The notes under the pieces are model-generated. The model saw nothing but the letters and a program-made list of their open reading frames with translations. It was not told the DNA's origin and made no database searches. From IMG/VR virus record IMGVR_UViG_3300029509_000119, positions 63,909 through 127,908 of that record: a stretch of 64,000 nucleotides of DNA; one strand, 5' to 3'. Below are positions 17,288 to 27,143 of the stretch, piece by piece (position 1 is the stretch's first letter; the number at the start of each line of letters is the position of its first letter). Origin of the DNA: a virus. Its lineage: Duplodnaviria > Heunggongvirae > Uroviricota > Caudoviricetes. A program made the position numbers and the translations under genes.

Positions 17288-17385
17288 TTTTGAGTTCCCT
17301 TTCGTTTTTCCAAACGGAACTCTCCTGCGTTCTTCATCCTATCAACCTACACGGCTGTTTCCATCTATAACGGGGTTTTTAGGAT

Positions 17386-17423
17386 AAAAAAATCCGTCCG
17401 GAAGCTAGATGTTCCGAACGGAT
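17386..17423 (-). terminator. rho-independent terminator (minus strand)
   Basis: aatccgtccggaag...cttccgaacggatt hairpin (12 of 13 bp) followed on the minus strand by a T7 run. 30 nt after the stop of CDS 17456..20116. Confidence 0.55.
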
Positions 17424-17455
17424 TCACTTCAACTTGTCAAGCCTGAATCTGACAG

Positions 17456-20116
17456 CTAGTAGTCCTCATCCACGTCGCCATCACGATAGCCGTCGTCGAA
17501 ATCATTCACATGGACAAGGAACGTCGGCTGCAACTGCTCCTGAGTGCGCGTTCGCACAGCCGCCGCATAACGCGGAAGGTTCATGACCGCGCCGGAACGC
17601 CAACCATCCTCGCCATCATTGTTCGTCAGACGTTTCGCCGTCATGTCGGCTATACGGGGAATCGTCGTATTGTATGTGATGAACGTCGAATAGCCGATGA
17701 ACGAATCCAACATCGCGTCGGACAACTGGGTCGGATACTGGGTGGCGAACACGAGAAGAAGGCCGAACGAACGACCCTGCTCACGCAATGCGGGCATGAT
17801 ACCGTCATTGCCGTTAGCCAACAAGCTCAACTCGTCGCATACGAGCATCGTCCACTTGCCAGCCTTGTCCCAATCCTTGCAATGTGCGAACACCGTATTC
17901 CAGAAACGGTACATGAGCCAGCCGCCGAGAATCTTATCCATACGTTCCGGCAACGAATAACCATTATGCGGTGCGAGCACAATGTGATAATCGCCAGCAT
18001 GGTCGAGAATGTTCGTCCAAGTCACCTTGCCACGACGTGCCGTGAACATGTGTTCGATGGGGAGGAACTGGTTCACCTTGTTCAACGAGGCGTTCGTCTT
18101 GGCGAGAATGTCACGGTCGGAACGAACCGTATGACCAGCCGCGTCCGGACGGCCATACAATTGTTCGGCGGCACGGGCGGCATACGTCATCTCATCGAAC
18201 ATGTAGCCGCTTTTCAATTCCATGCTCAACGCGCGGCACACATGCCCCAACGCTTTGGCGGAACCGGCCTGACCGTCGGAACCGCATAATGCGACGACGG
18301 CCCATCCGATTGGACTCAGCTGCATTCGCAACTGTTCCGCACCCGGATAGGATTGTTCGAGCTGATGGCAGCGTTTCACAATCTCGCTTTCCCAATCCTT
18401 GTTCGCGGATTCGGGATTGCGTTTGCGTTCCTCCTGCACGTAACGGTCAACCGCCACGCCGATGGTCAACGCTTGGGTGATGATGTTCTGCGAGTCGTTC
18501 AGAATGTCGCCGTCGTCGAACGAGTAGCGCATGGTCTTGGCAACGCTCGCCGCAGTCTCCATCGCATTGTTCCCGTCCTTCATGCCAAGCATGTCCAAGC
18601 ACACACTGTTCGGGTCGGCCAAATAGACGACGCGCTGCGGACTGGTGAAACCGTGGTGTTTGCGGTAACGTTCCAACACGTTCACTCCCGTATCATCCTT
18701 CATCCAGAAGTGAATGATACGCGAGTCGCGTCCCCAGATTTTCGGACTGGTGGTCTCGCGTGCGCTGATGGCCCACTGGCTGATGCCGTGCGTGAGCACC
18801 GTCTTGCCGGAACCGGCCTCGCCGTTGATTGCGATACCGCCGAACAGTTGCGACGGGTCGAGATAGCAGTCACGTCCGGTATCGTCCTTTCCGAGGAAGA
18901 TGCCATCATGCGACAATACTTCCGGAACCGGATGTAACTCCTGTTTCATCGCCACTCCCTGAGTGACCGGGGTGAACACGGAGCTTACGATAATCGGAGG
19001 AAGAATCAACGTGGTCCTCTGTGCACCGTAAGCGGATACGCGCGACTCCTTCGTTCTGACGCCAAGACGCGTATGGTTGTCGGAATCGTTCGCGCCACGG
19101 TCGTTCGCAATCGCATAATATCTGCGCGGAGTCTGGAAAATATCATCCCACAACGTCCAGTTCCTCCAACGGATGAACGCGAATACGAGAAGAGGGATGA
19201 GAAGAACCGGAACGAACGTGGGGAGAGGAAGCAGCCCCAACAGAAGGTAAAAAGCGAAGGCGACGGACACTCCCGCAATCTGAGGCCGTGGAAGATAGAC
19301 GAACGGAATGCATGACAGCAGCATTAGGAGCAGGAACGCTACCAATGTCACGGCAAGCAGTGGAAGAGCCACGCCGAAACCCCAAGCGGAATGAAACAAC
19401 GGGAACACGCCATCCATCACGTATCCTCTTGCAAGACCGCACACGCTCCAAATCAAAGACAACGCTTCCAACAACATGCCGACGAACAGCAGCCCGAACT
19501 TCGGACGGCTCGTATGACTTGACATGTTGGATATGAGCGGACAGATGGTTTGGCCAATCTTCTGCGCAAGCTGCCGGTTACGGGAAGCCTGTCTACAGCC
19601 GAAACTCACTCGGGCGCACATCGTGTTGGTTGAAGCGAGTTTGCTTGAATCCTCGACGGTATTGTATTCGTCGCTAATCCAATTGCGGACGCGTATCTGT
19701 TCGAAGTATCCCTGATTGCGGAGGGTGACGCTCACGTAACTGTCCGGCGGCATGACCTGCTCGATGCTTGTGCGAATGCCGGAATAGTTCGTCCGCATTT
19801 CTTCCATGTCGTTTTTTCGATTCAACCGGGCACGGAACGGGACGAGAGGATGCGCCGCACTGTTCACACCGTCCGGCAACACCGGCTCATCATCGTCTTC
19901 GACCAGTTTCGCGTCGAATCCAGCCAACTGTCCGGCGTTGATGATTCCCTCGCCGTCGCCGTAAATGTATTCCTTGACCGGCTCCTCGCCTTTCTTGATG
20001 AGGAGCAGTGTGCAACCGTCCAGTTCGGCGGGAATGCTCTCCACTTTCGAACGTTGCTTGTCCGCGTCAAGCTGTTGCAATGTTCTGGTTATCTGATACC
20101 AGTTCTGGCCGCTCAT
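17456..20116 (-). CDS. type IV coupling protein (VirD4/TraG/TcpA-like ATPase)
   Basis: 886 aa. Three to four TM helices around aa 200-330, Walker A 'INGEAGSGKT', Walker B 'MLVCDELSLL'. Confidence 0.7.
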   Translation of the reverse strand: MSGQNWYQITRTLQQLDADKQRSKVESIPAELDGCTLLLIKKGEEPVKEYIYGDGEGIINAGQLAGFDAKLVEDDDEPVLPDGVNSAAHPLVPFRARLNRKNDMEEMRTNYSGIRTSIEQVMPPDSYVSVTLRNQGYFEQIRVRNWISDEYNTVEDSSKLASTNTMCARVSFGCRQASRNRQLAQKIGQTICPLISNMSSHTSRPKFGLLFVGMLLEALSLIWSVCGLARGYVMDGVFPLFHSAWGFGVALPLLAVTLVAFLLLMLLSCIPFVYLPRPQIAGVSVAFAFYLLLGLLPLPTFVPVLLIPLLVFAFIRWRNWTLWDDIFQTPRRYYAIANDRGANDSDNHTRLGVRTKESRVSAYGAQRTTLILPPIIVSSVFTPVTQGVAMKQELHPVPEVLSHDGIFLGKDDTGRDCYLDPSQLFGGIAINGEAGSGKTVLTHGISQWAISARETTSPKIWGRDSRIIHFWMKDDTGVNVLERYRKHHGFTSPQRVVYLADPNSVCLDMLGMKDGNNAMETAASVAKTMRYSFDDGDILNDSQNIITQALTIGVAVDRYVQEERKRNPESANKDWESEIVKRCHQLEQSYPGAEQLRMQLSPIGWAVVALCGSDGQAGSAKALGHVCRALSMELKSGYMFDEMTYAARAAEQLYGRPDAAGHTVRSDRDILAKTNASLNKVNQFLPIEHMFTARRGKVTWTNILDHAGDYHIVLAPHNGYSLPERMDKILGGWLMYRFWNTVFAHCKDWDKAGKWTMLVCDELSLLANGNDGIMPALREQGRSFGLLLVFATQYPTQLSDAMLDSFIGYSTFITYNTTIPRIADMTAKRLTNNDGEDGWRSGAVMNLPRYAAAVRTRTQEQLQPTFLVHVNDFDDGYRDGDVDEDY

Positions 20117-20133
20117 GCGCTACCTTCTTTCTG

Positions 20134-20574
20134 TTAGTCGTCTGTGCTTTGCTGATATAACGGCGCATATGGGAAGCCTTCCGGCTTTTGGAAAGTGGAA
20201 AGCCTCTCACGTAACGACAATTGGAGAAGCCACGTCGTCATCCGGACGGTTTTCTCCTTCGACTCCAACGCCCAGCCCAAAGTCACGTAACCGTCGTTCA
20301 CACTCGAACCATCGTTGATGGTCTCACGCATGATGCGGATGGTTTTGTTCGCAACCCGTCTGGAAGTGTTGAACATTATCGAGTCCAATTGCCAGAGTCG
20401 TATTTTCCGTAATGCGGGAACACGTTGCATGTTCGCCATCAGAAACGGAATGACCAAATGCCTGCGTCCCGTCTCGCATAATGTCTGAACCTGTTGCAAT
20501 GCTCGCGCCCGTTCCAGTCTCGCCGTATCCAACGCTTCTTGTGTCTGTTGAAATGATTCCTCAGTGGAGGCCAT
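20134..20574 (-). CDS. hypothetical protein
   Basis: ORF 20134..20610 with the start moved to 'MASTEES...'. Sits in an operon between the ATPase genes. Confidence 0.45.
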   Translation of the reverse strand: MASTEESFQQTQEALDTARLERARALQQVQTLCETGRRHLVIPFLMANMQRVPALRKIRLWQLDSIMFNTSRRVANKTIRIMRETINDGSSVNDGYVTLGWALESKEKTVRMTTWLLQLSLRERLSTFQKPEGFPYAPLYQQSTDD

Positions 20575-21757
20575 CACAATCCTTTCCGATGAAACCGTAG
20601 AAGCCGCCACGGTATGCTTCCGGCATCGTCCAACCGGAAACGTCCCAACCCCAATCCTTTTTTATGATGTCCCGTGTCACGTCCCAACCCCATTCGCTGA
20701 CTTTGCGAACGTCACGGACATGCGGAGTGTATTGCGTCCACTCGTCGGAGAAAATGTTGCGCCGGATTCCGCTCATGTCCGTATATTCACCGAACCTGTC
20801 GGTCGGAATTCCATGTTCGAACCATTCATCCCAAACCGCGACTCCCATTCGTTGCGACACGGTCGGATTGCCCACGACCATTTCCGTCATGCCTTGCGTG
20901 CGTTGTATCACCGCGTTGAACGATTCGTAACCTTCGTTCGCTTTGGGTATCTGCAACCATACGCAGACGAGGCCGCGACGTTTCATTGGAGAGTAGGCGA
21001 GCATCTTCGCCCAGTTCTGCATCTTTCTGTCCAGTTCGCTGTTCGACGTTTGTATTTCGATACCGGCAAGCACGTTGTTGCGGCACAGTGTGACCACGTC
21101 GGTTGCGCACGCCTTGCCGACTTTCGACTCGGCAACCGCCTGCGGGTCAACGCTACGGAATTTTCCCCAACCGTCGCCGGAAGAAAACCTGACGCGGGAG
21201 TCGCGTGCCAACATCAATCCCGCGTGCGCAGCATAAGTGTTATGCCGAACATGGAAACGATTCCCCGCGTAATAGGAAACCGCCATCGTCTCACGCATCC
21301 ACTTTTCCATCCCGTACAATTTCATCGCACGGTTGATAAGACGTGGACTGTTCGACGGTGAAAGCCAAACATGATTCACGGTCTGACCGTACAATCGTTC
21401 CGCCTGACTGAAACCGACGTTGATGATTCCCAAACGGTTCATCGCACCATACAGGTTCGGTTCGTCACGCTCGAAAGCGGGAGCGCCTTTGATGGAAAGT
21501 CCCGCACGCAGTTGGTCAACCGTGCATGTCTTCCAAGTGAACAATGCTCCGAGGATACTCGAAACGAGTTCGCTGTTCGCTTTCACCATTGTCTCCGCGA
21601 ACAGTTTGTTCGCAACGAACCACGGGTGGGTCTGCGCGAACAATCCGGGATGCTCCATCTCGAACATGTCGTTGCCTTTATACCAGTCGGCAATGCTTCC
21701 GGTCTTCCAAAGATTCTCGTCGTTCGGGTCGAAAAGAAAACGGTCATCGAATGTCAC
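20561..21757 (-). CDS. hypothetical protein (398 aa)
   Basis: Normal composition. No 3-His relaxase motif or P-loop recognised. Translationally coupled to the upstream ParA-like gene (ATGA overlap at 21754..21757). Confidence 0.5.
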   Translation of the reverse strand: MTFDDRFLFDPNDENLWKTGSIADWYKGNDMFEMEHPGLFAQTHPWFVANKLFAETMVKANSELVSSILGALFTWKTCTVDQLRAGLSIKGAPAFERDEPNLYGAMNRLGIINVGFSQAERLYGQTVNHVWLSPSNSPRLINRAMKLYGMEKWMRETMAVSYYAGNRFHVRHNTYAAHAGLMLARDSRVRFSSGDGWGKFRSVDPQAVAESKVGKACATDVVTLCRNNVLAGIEIQTSNSELDRKMQNWAKMLAYSPMKRRGLVCVWLQIPKANEGYESFNAVIQRTQGMTEMVVGNPTVSQRMGVAVWDEWFEHGIPTDRFGEYTDMSGIRRNIFSDEWTQYTPHVRDVRKVSEWGWDVTRDIIKKDWGWDVSGWTMPEAYRGGFYGFIGKDCDGLH

Positions 21758-22968
21758 TTACGCCCACGACCTTTCTTTCCTTCACTGTTCTTAGCGTTCG
21801 GATTGAATCTTCCCGGATTGAAACCACGGTCGGGCAAAGCCCAGTTAAGAATGTTCTCCCTAGCAAAAGCAAGACCGGGGTCATCCCATCTGACATCACC
21901 GTTGGCGATATGGTTGCTTGCCTCGACCGTCTGATATTCGGTTCCGAGAAACGTTCCGTATCTCGTATAGTCGAGTCGCCTGTAACCTTGCAATCCGACC
22001 GGAACAGTGTCCTTGATGCCGATGAGTTCCTTCGGAAGATGATGTTCCGCCAATGCCGTCAGCAGATTCAACGCGTCTATCTGCGTCTGCCTTCCAGCCT
22101 TGACGATAACCAGACAAGGGTCTCCCGATTGAATGTATGGAAGCAGTAAACCGTTGGCGATATTCTCCCTATCATCCAAATCGTCCGCGCTGATTCGGTC
22201 AAGGTCGAGCACGACGAAATCCCACAGTCGGCGTGCCGCTTGGATGTACTGACGGTATATCTGCCAGTCCACTCCGATACCGGCTGGAGGTGCGAAACAG
22301 ATATCGTATGGAACCCCAAGGTCACGTCCTCGATTGGCTCCAACCTGCACCTGCATGCCCGGTCGCCAGTCGGCTATCGTATGCAATGGCTTGTCCTGTC
22401 TCGGGTCAAAAAAACTACGTTGGCTGGACTGCCGGATGTTCCCGTCGATGAGTAGAACACGCAATCCGACTTGCGACGCACGGTCTGCCAACTGTCGGCT
22501 GGACGTGGTCTTCCCCACTCCTCCGGTGTTGGATGTGATGGGTAGGAGAACCGCAGTCTCCTTCACTTTGTTTTGGAGGATATCGACTACGAGACGCTTG
22601 TCCGCAAGCTGGATTCCCCAATAAGTCCGTGCGAAATCAGCCACGCTCATGCGTAACATCTGTTCGCTCATGCCCATGGCTCCGACCGGTATCTGACCGG
22701 TGTTGCACCAGTAGACCATGTATCCGGCGTTGGCTATCGGAAGCCAGTTTCCAGCCCTGTCGGTGAAGATGATTCCTTTGAACCCGGAGGGCACCGGATG
22801 TCTTACCAGATAGTCGGCCTGTGCTTGAATATTGTCTGCGGCGGGCACCTGCCAACGCATGTTTCCGGCTCTCGTAAGGGCCTTTTTGATGGTTGTGAGA
22901 AGCCCTCCGGAGCCGATTATCAGGGAAATCGTTCGTTTTTCCAATAAGACCGCCTCCTGATGGGTCAT
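21754..22968 (-). CDS. ParA/MinD-superfamily ATPase with N-terminal extension (CpaE/TadZ-like)
   Basis: 'ITSNTGGVGKTTSSRQLA' is a deviant Walker A in the C-terminal half. ~150-aa N-terminal domain. First gene of the minus-strand operon. Confidence 0.6.
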   Translation of the reverse strand: MTHQEAVLLEKRTISLIIGSGGLLTTIKKALTRAGNMRWQVPAADNIQAQADYLVRHPVPSGFKGIIFTDRAGNWLPIANAGYMVYWCNTGQIPVGAMGMSEQMLRMSVADFARTYWGIQLADKRLVVDILQNKVKETAVLLPITSNTGGVGKTTSSRQLADRASQVGLRVLLIDGNIRQSSQRSFFDPRQDKPLHTIADWRPGMQVQVGANRGRDLGVPYDICFAPPAGIGVDWQIYRQYIQAARRLWDFVVLDLDRISADDLDDRENIANGLLLPYIQSGDPCLVIVKAGRQTQIDALNLLTALAEHHLPKELIGIKDTVPVGLQGYRRLDYTRYGTFLGTEYQTVEASNHIANGDVRWDDPGLAFARENILNWALPDRGFNPGRFNPNAKNSEGKKGRGRK

Positions 22969-23029
22969 GTTCCGTTGTTTTCATCGGAACGTTTACGGTT
23001 TTGTCCGAGTTCTGGCATTTATAGTTTTT

Positions 23030-23640
23030 GATATTTAGTTTTTTGTTGGTTCTGCTGTTGCTTTTTCATTGCATTGGCTGTTCCTGTATTGATGTTACCT
23101 TGTTTTGATTGTTGTTGACCCTGTTGGTGTGACTATTGACCTTTTTGTTGTCTGGCTGACCGTGTGGGGTGTTGTAGTGATTGTGATGTGGTTGCTGTCG
23201 TACCGGTTCTTTCTTCTTTGGGTTTGACACTGTCTTATGTGGTGCGGCTTCTGCTGTTTGCGTGTTTCTGCTGTCGCGTTTTTTGTAGTCTGTTCTTCTA
23301 TTTTTCTCTGTGTGGGCTTTTGTCTGTTGCGTCCTGTTGTCTTATGGTGGCTGGTTGCTCTGCGTTTGGTTCTTTAGTTACGTTGTGACCTGATTTACGG
23401 CATGGATTATTCTTCTTGTTCTGTCGTTGTTCTCTATTTTCGGTTCTTTCGTACTGGTGTTCTTTCTTGATTGTGTTGCTGTGTCTTCTTTTCTTCTGAT
23501 GTGGTCTCTTCTTTCTGTCTGGTTTTATTCTTTTGTTTCTTCTTTTTCTTGGTTCTTCTTTTTGATGGCATAGGGTTCTTGGATTTTTGTTTTTTGGAGT
23601 GGTTTCTTCTCTCTTTTTTTGAAGTCCGCTGTTCATGCTG
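23030..23640. other. ~600-bp pyrimidine-rich, A-depleted tract on the + strand (T about 55%, A about 3-8%, by hand count)
   Basis: Hand counts of two 60-nt lines gave T 32-35, A 2-5, C 10-12, G 11-13. Low-complexity TTC/TTG-type runs. Lies in the 940-bp divergent intergenic region between CDS 21754..22968 (-) and 23911..24594 (+). Confidence 0.6.
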
Positions 23641-23910
23641 GCCACCGGCGCGGCGGACGGCTTTGGCCTGTTCTTCTTCAGGTGACGCTCTAATCGTCGT
23701 TCCTGTTTTCCTTTCCCGTCATTGGACTCTTTTTTCTTGGTTACGTTTTTCGGATGGAACCTACCGGCTCGGGCGGGAGGGCTGTTTCCTGTTTTCTCTG
23801 TTTTGGAATGGCGGAATCAGTTACACTCGTAAATTGAAAATACAGAACACCTCGTTCTGACTGCTAACAGCCTGTCTGACCGGAGTGTTCGCTGGCTGAC
23901 GAAAGAAGGT

Positions 23911-24594
23911 ATGATGCCAGACTTCACCAATTGGGGTTTCAACAACAACCAACAGTCGGAGCAGGACAACGGTTATGGTTCCGGCAATTATTTCGAACCG
24001 GAACAGCCTGAGTCCGGGCTTGTTCAGGACGGCGTGGATTCCGCCGCTGAGACTCCGACTCCAGCCGACGATGAGTCTGTTGGCACGACTGACGAGCCGA
24101 CCGAAACGGGAGACAAGCCGAAAGGCAAATCCAAGGTTCGTGCAAACCGTAAGCCTCGTGAAAAAACCATGCCGCATATCGAGGAACAGTTCGGAAAGAA
24201 ACTCATTCCTCTCATCAAATCGTTGGATGATGAACGTGTGATTGCTCTCGCCAAGGCGTTGACCGACACGAAGAAAAGCACTCCGGAAGCCGTGTTGGAT
24301 GCGTTGACCGAGCCGAAGAACCAACGTCGAATCTCTGATTTCACGTCCGCCTTAGAGGGTTTGACCACCGCCGAGCCGGGCATGATTGCAGCGGAGGTGA
24401 CGCTTGTGTTCGCACAGGGCAAGGATATGACGAACCTGCTGTTCTCCGTGTTGAACGCGGTCGCTCCGGAGAAGAATTTCGGACGTCCGGTTGACGACCA
24501 GTCTCCTATCGGAATGCGTAAGAACCTGAGCAAGATTGTCGATAACTGGGGTGACGGAGTTGACCTTTCCGTCATTGACGAGCTGAAAATCTAA
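23911..24594 (+). CDS. hypothetical protein with acidic low-complexity N-terminus
   Basis: ATG at 23911 with a GAAAGAAGG RBS. 227 aa. The antisense ORF 23821..24324 is G/V/R-rich. Confidence 0.5.
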   Translation: MMPDFTNWGFNNNQQSEQDNGYGSGNYFEPEQPESGLVQDGVDSAAETPTPADDESVGTTDEPTETGDKPKGKSKVRANRKPREKTMPHIEEQFGKKLIPLIKSLDDERVIALAKALTDTKKSTPEAVLDALTEPKNQRRISDFTSALEGLTTAEPGMIAAEVTLVFAQGKDMTNLLFSVLNAVAPEKNFGRPVDDQSPIGMRKNLSKIVDNWGDGVDLSVIDELKI

Positions 24595-24615
24595 GTTTCC
24601 AACTCCAACATCATT

Positions 24616-24648
24616 GAGGGGAGCCGACCGTGATGGCCGACTCCCCTC
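24616..24648. terminator. bidirectional GC-rich hairpin between convergent genes
   Basis: gaggggagccgacc-gtgat-ggccgactcccctc (12 of 14 bp). Between the stop of 23911..24594 (+) and the stop of 24657..25427 (-). Confidence 0.5.
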
Positions 24649-24656
24649 TCTTGCAT

Positions 24657-25427
24657 TCAAGACCGGTTTTTACGGCGTAAACGTACCGCATCTTCGGACG
24701 AGTACACGCCGAACGGGCTGATGGTCACACTGTATTTCGTCATCCGGTACGTCCACTCGGTCTGACTGTCGTTCAACTCTTTGAACCTCTTCAACAGGCT
24801 TTGCGCGGAAAGGCTCTGGCTGCTCGCCGGAAGCAATGATGGAAGGTCCTCACGTTCGATGATGAGACGATGGTTTTCCGGACAATACAATGCGGACAAC
24901 ACGAGCAAGTCTATACCGATGGCGCTTCCCGCGTTCGGATACAGGCACTTCAGCGGGAGCTGGCGGACGTTTCTTGTCATCATGCGGACGAACTGCTCCG
25001 TGAATGTGATTCTACGATGTTCGACTGTCAGGAAATCCGGGCTGATGTCCGTATGCGACACGGGAATTATCTTATTCCCATCCATGTCGGTGAACTGTAT
25101 TTCGGTGAGCATGAGCAGCCGGTCACGTACCGTGGTTCGTCCGTCGCCGCCACTGTTCAACCCGCATTTGTTCGCCAGATAGAAGAAGTCCTCTCCGATG
25201 GTGAGGGTTCTGGTTTCCGCATTCCATTCACGGCTAGGAGTGTTGACGAGCGTGGTGATGATGATGCTTAACAGACGTGGGGCTCGTCCCGAGAACGTCT
25301 GCTTGTCTTTCGCACGGTATGGGGCGAACAGTGGGTATGATTCCGCTGTGACGTATCCGATGTCGTAGCCGAGTATCGTATGATAATCGACTTTCAGGGT
25401 TTCCAACCCGTAGGTTCCTTCGTTCAT
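24657..25427 (-). CDS. hypothetical protein (256 aa)
   Basis: Normal composition. Last gene of the minus-strand operon that begins at the promoter copy at 28526..28553. Confidence 0.5.
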   Translation of the reverse strand: MNEGTYGLETLKVDYHTILGYDIGYVTAESYPLFAPYRAKDKQTFSGRAPRLLSIIITTLVNTPSREWNAETRTLTIGEDFFYLANKCGLNSGGDGRTTVRDRLLMLTEIQFTDMDGNKIIPVSHTDISPDFLTVEHRRITFTEQFVRMMTRNVRQLPLKCLYPNAGSAIGIDLLVLSALYCPENHRLIIEREDLPSLLPASSQSLSAQSLLKRFKELNDSQTEWTYRMTKYSVTISPFGVYSSEDAVRLRRKNRS

Positions 25428-25571
25428 GGTGTCTCCTTAATGATGTGGACGGAGTGTGGTTTCCGTCGATAAGACAATCATACCCCCACGTTAAGGTTGG
25501 AAGATGAAAAAAGCCGGTGGTCAATATCAACCACCGGACTAAAAATCCTAGATTTTCCTCCTATCCGCCTT

Positions 25572-25850
25572 TTAAGCAGACGTGTCGTCCACGTCAGGTT
25601 TTTTATCCTCCGAAACAGGTCTGCACGAATTTCGACCCGACTTGCCGGACGCCCTGCGTTCCAATCGAAGCTGGTAGCGGATACGCTCCAACGTCTTGGA
25701 CGTGTCCGTTATATTGCCCTTGCGGGCTTCACGAATCCACAACTGGCAGCCACGGTCAAGCATGGCAATGTCCGATAGTTTCGGTTGCCTGTCAGAACGT
25801 TTCAACGACTTCGACGGTATTTGTTTTCGTTGTTGTCCATCGTCTTGCAT
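25572..25850 (-). CDS. possible small basic protein
   Basis: ORF 25572..25901 (GTG start), tentatively trimmed to 'MQDDGQQRKQ...'. S/R/K-rich. Could instead be non-coding intergenic sequence. Confidence 0.25.
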   Translation of the reverse strand: MQDDGQQRKQIPSKSLKRSDRQPKLSDIAMLDRGCQLWIREARKGNITDTSKTLERIRYQLRLERRASGKSGRNSCRPVSEDKKPDVDDTSA

Positions 25851-25905
25851 TCCACCCGCCTTTCCTGTTCGTCGGCGTGGGCGTTTTGACGATTCGCCCA
25901 CTTTT

Positions 25906-26913
25906 TCACAGGTTTGGAATCTCCTTTTTCAAAGAGTCAAAAGCTTTGAGAAGCGTTTCCGTGGGAATGGTCTCCGACCCGGAAATCAAAGCGTTACGAG
26001 CCAAACCGTCTACGGTTTGGACAAGCAGGGATGGGCTGACGCCGGACATGTCGAAATCGGCTGGGACGTCAGATTTGACGTTCAGTTCCTTAAGACGACG
26101 GACGACGATAATCCTTGAGGCGGGCTTGTCCGTCATGTTCAACCGGATTCTCACGTCGAACCGTCGCCATGCGGCACGGTCAATGAGACTGTTCATGTTG
26201 GTCGCGCAGACGAGCACGCAATCGTCGGGCAGTGAGTCGATTCTTTGCAACATGAGATTGGTTGCGCGGCGCATCTCCGCCACATCCTGAACGTTGTCTC
26301 TACGGGCGAGAAGCATGTCGCATTCGTCAATGAAAAGAAGCCGACGTTCCGCGTGGAGCCGGTCGAACACCAATGCGATGTTGTCCAAGGTCTTGCCGAG
26401 CTGACTGCTTATCACACGGTCAGCACGAAGAACGATGCCGGGCAATCCGAGACGTTCGGCGAGTATGGATGCGAACGTGGTCTTGCCCGTGCCGGGCGCT
26501 CCGGTAAGGATGATTTTGTTCCGTGGGGCGAGATTGTGCGAAACCAATACGTCGGAATGGCAGTGCTCCTCCACGAGTCCATCCAGCGTCTCCTCTATGG
26601 TCTTGTCCCATACCGGCTTGTGTGTTCCATCCAATACCGGCAGCGGTTCGGTCAGCCCGTCCACCGGGGTCAGGTTCGGATTGGATGACTGTCCTTTCGC
26701 CTGTTCCAGCTCGGCGAGCCGACGCAGCCTGTCAGCGGAGGCGGATGATTTTCCGTTCTCGTAGGAGTCGGCCAATAATCTGATTTGCCGTGCGAATCTC
26801 AGATGGTCTTCGTCGCATGCGGCTTTGACCAGACGCAGCATCTCTGTTTTGTTCAATATGTTCCACCTTTCGGGAATTGGCTCACATGCCATCGTGGAAA
26901 ACCGTGGGGTCAC
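25906..26913 (-). CDS. classical-clade AAA+ ATPase
   Basis: Walker A 'ILTGAPGTGKTT', Walker B 'LLFIDECD', second region of homology 'CATNMNSLIDRAAWRRFD' with the arginine finger. ~120-aa N-terminal non-ATPase domain. Start overlaps the upstream gene by 4 nt. Confidence 0.75.
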   Translation of the reverse strand: MTPRFSTMACEPIPERWNILNKTEMLRLVKAACDEDHLRFARQIRLLADSYENGKSSASADRLRRLAELEQAKGQSSNPNLTPVDGLTEPLPVLDGTHKPVWDKTIEETLDGLVEEHCHSDVLVSHNLAPRNKIILTGAPGTGKTTFASILAERLGLPGIVLRADRVISSQLGKTLDNIALVFDRLHAERRLLFIDECDMLLARRDNVQDVAEMRRATNLMLQRIDSLPDDCVLVCATNMNSLIDRAAWRRFDVRIRLNMTDKPASRIIVVRRLKELNVKSDVPADFDMSGVSPSLLVQTVDGLARNALISGSETIPTETLLKAFDSLKKEIPNL

Positions 26914-27143
26914 TGGTAGAAAGACTTGTTGTACGCGATAATGGCTACGACCGAGACAGTCAACACCAACAGTGAAATCACGGTCATCAGCCGATAGTTG
27001 AACAGGTCGGAACGGGACTTCTCATCAGGCATACGGCTCATGCGCCCAAGGGAAAGACGAGCGTAATGGACCATTGCGGACAAGCTTAGAATGGACAGCA
27101 GTATGAGAAGCAGTGACACTTGGGAACGCTCGTCGGACAACAC
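26910..27143 (-). CDS. small two-TM membrane protein
   Basis: 77 aa: 'VSLLLILLSILSLSAMV' and 'LMTVISLLVLTVSVVAIIAY'. GTG start. Confidence 0.45.
   Translation of the reverse strand: MLSDERSQVSLLLILLSILSLSAMVHYARLSLGRMSRMPDEKSRSDLFNYRLMTVISLLVLTVSVVAIIAYNKSFYQ

Noticed and set aside
20561-21757. Candidate relaxase among the T4SS-linked unknowns
   Set aside because: No HxDxxxPHxH-type 3-His motif, no catalytic-Tyr N-terminal motif and no HUH signature recognised by eye. Left as hypothetical. A relaxase and oriT were not found in this window.
23164-23860. Cys/Phe-rich + ORFs (23164..23388, 23471..23860) and a Lys/Arg-rich minus ORF (23298..23645) inside the pyrimidine-rich tract
   Set aside because: Their amino-acid compositions are the direct translation of a T-rich/A-poor strand and of an A-rich strand respectively. 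Stop codons are rare here by composition alone. They are kept only as a hypothesis inside the tract finding, not as genes.
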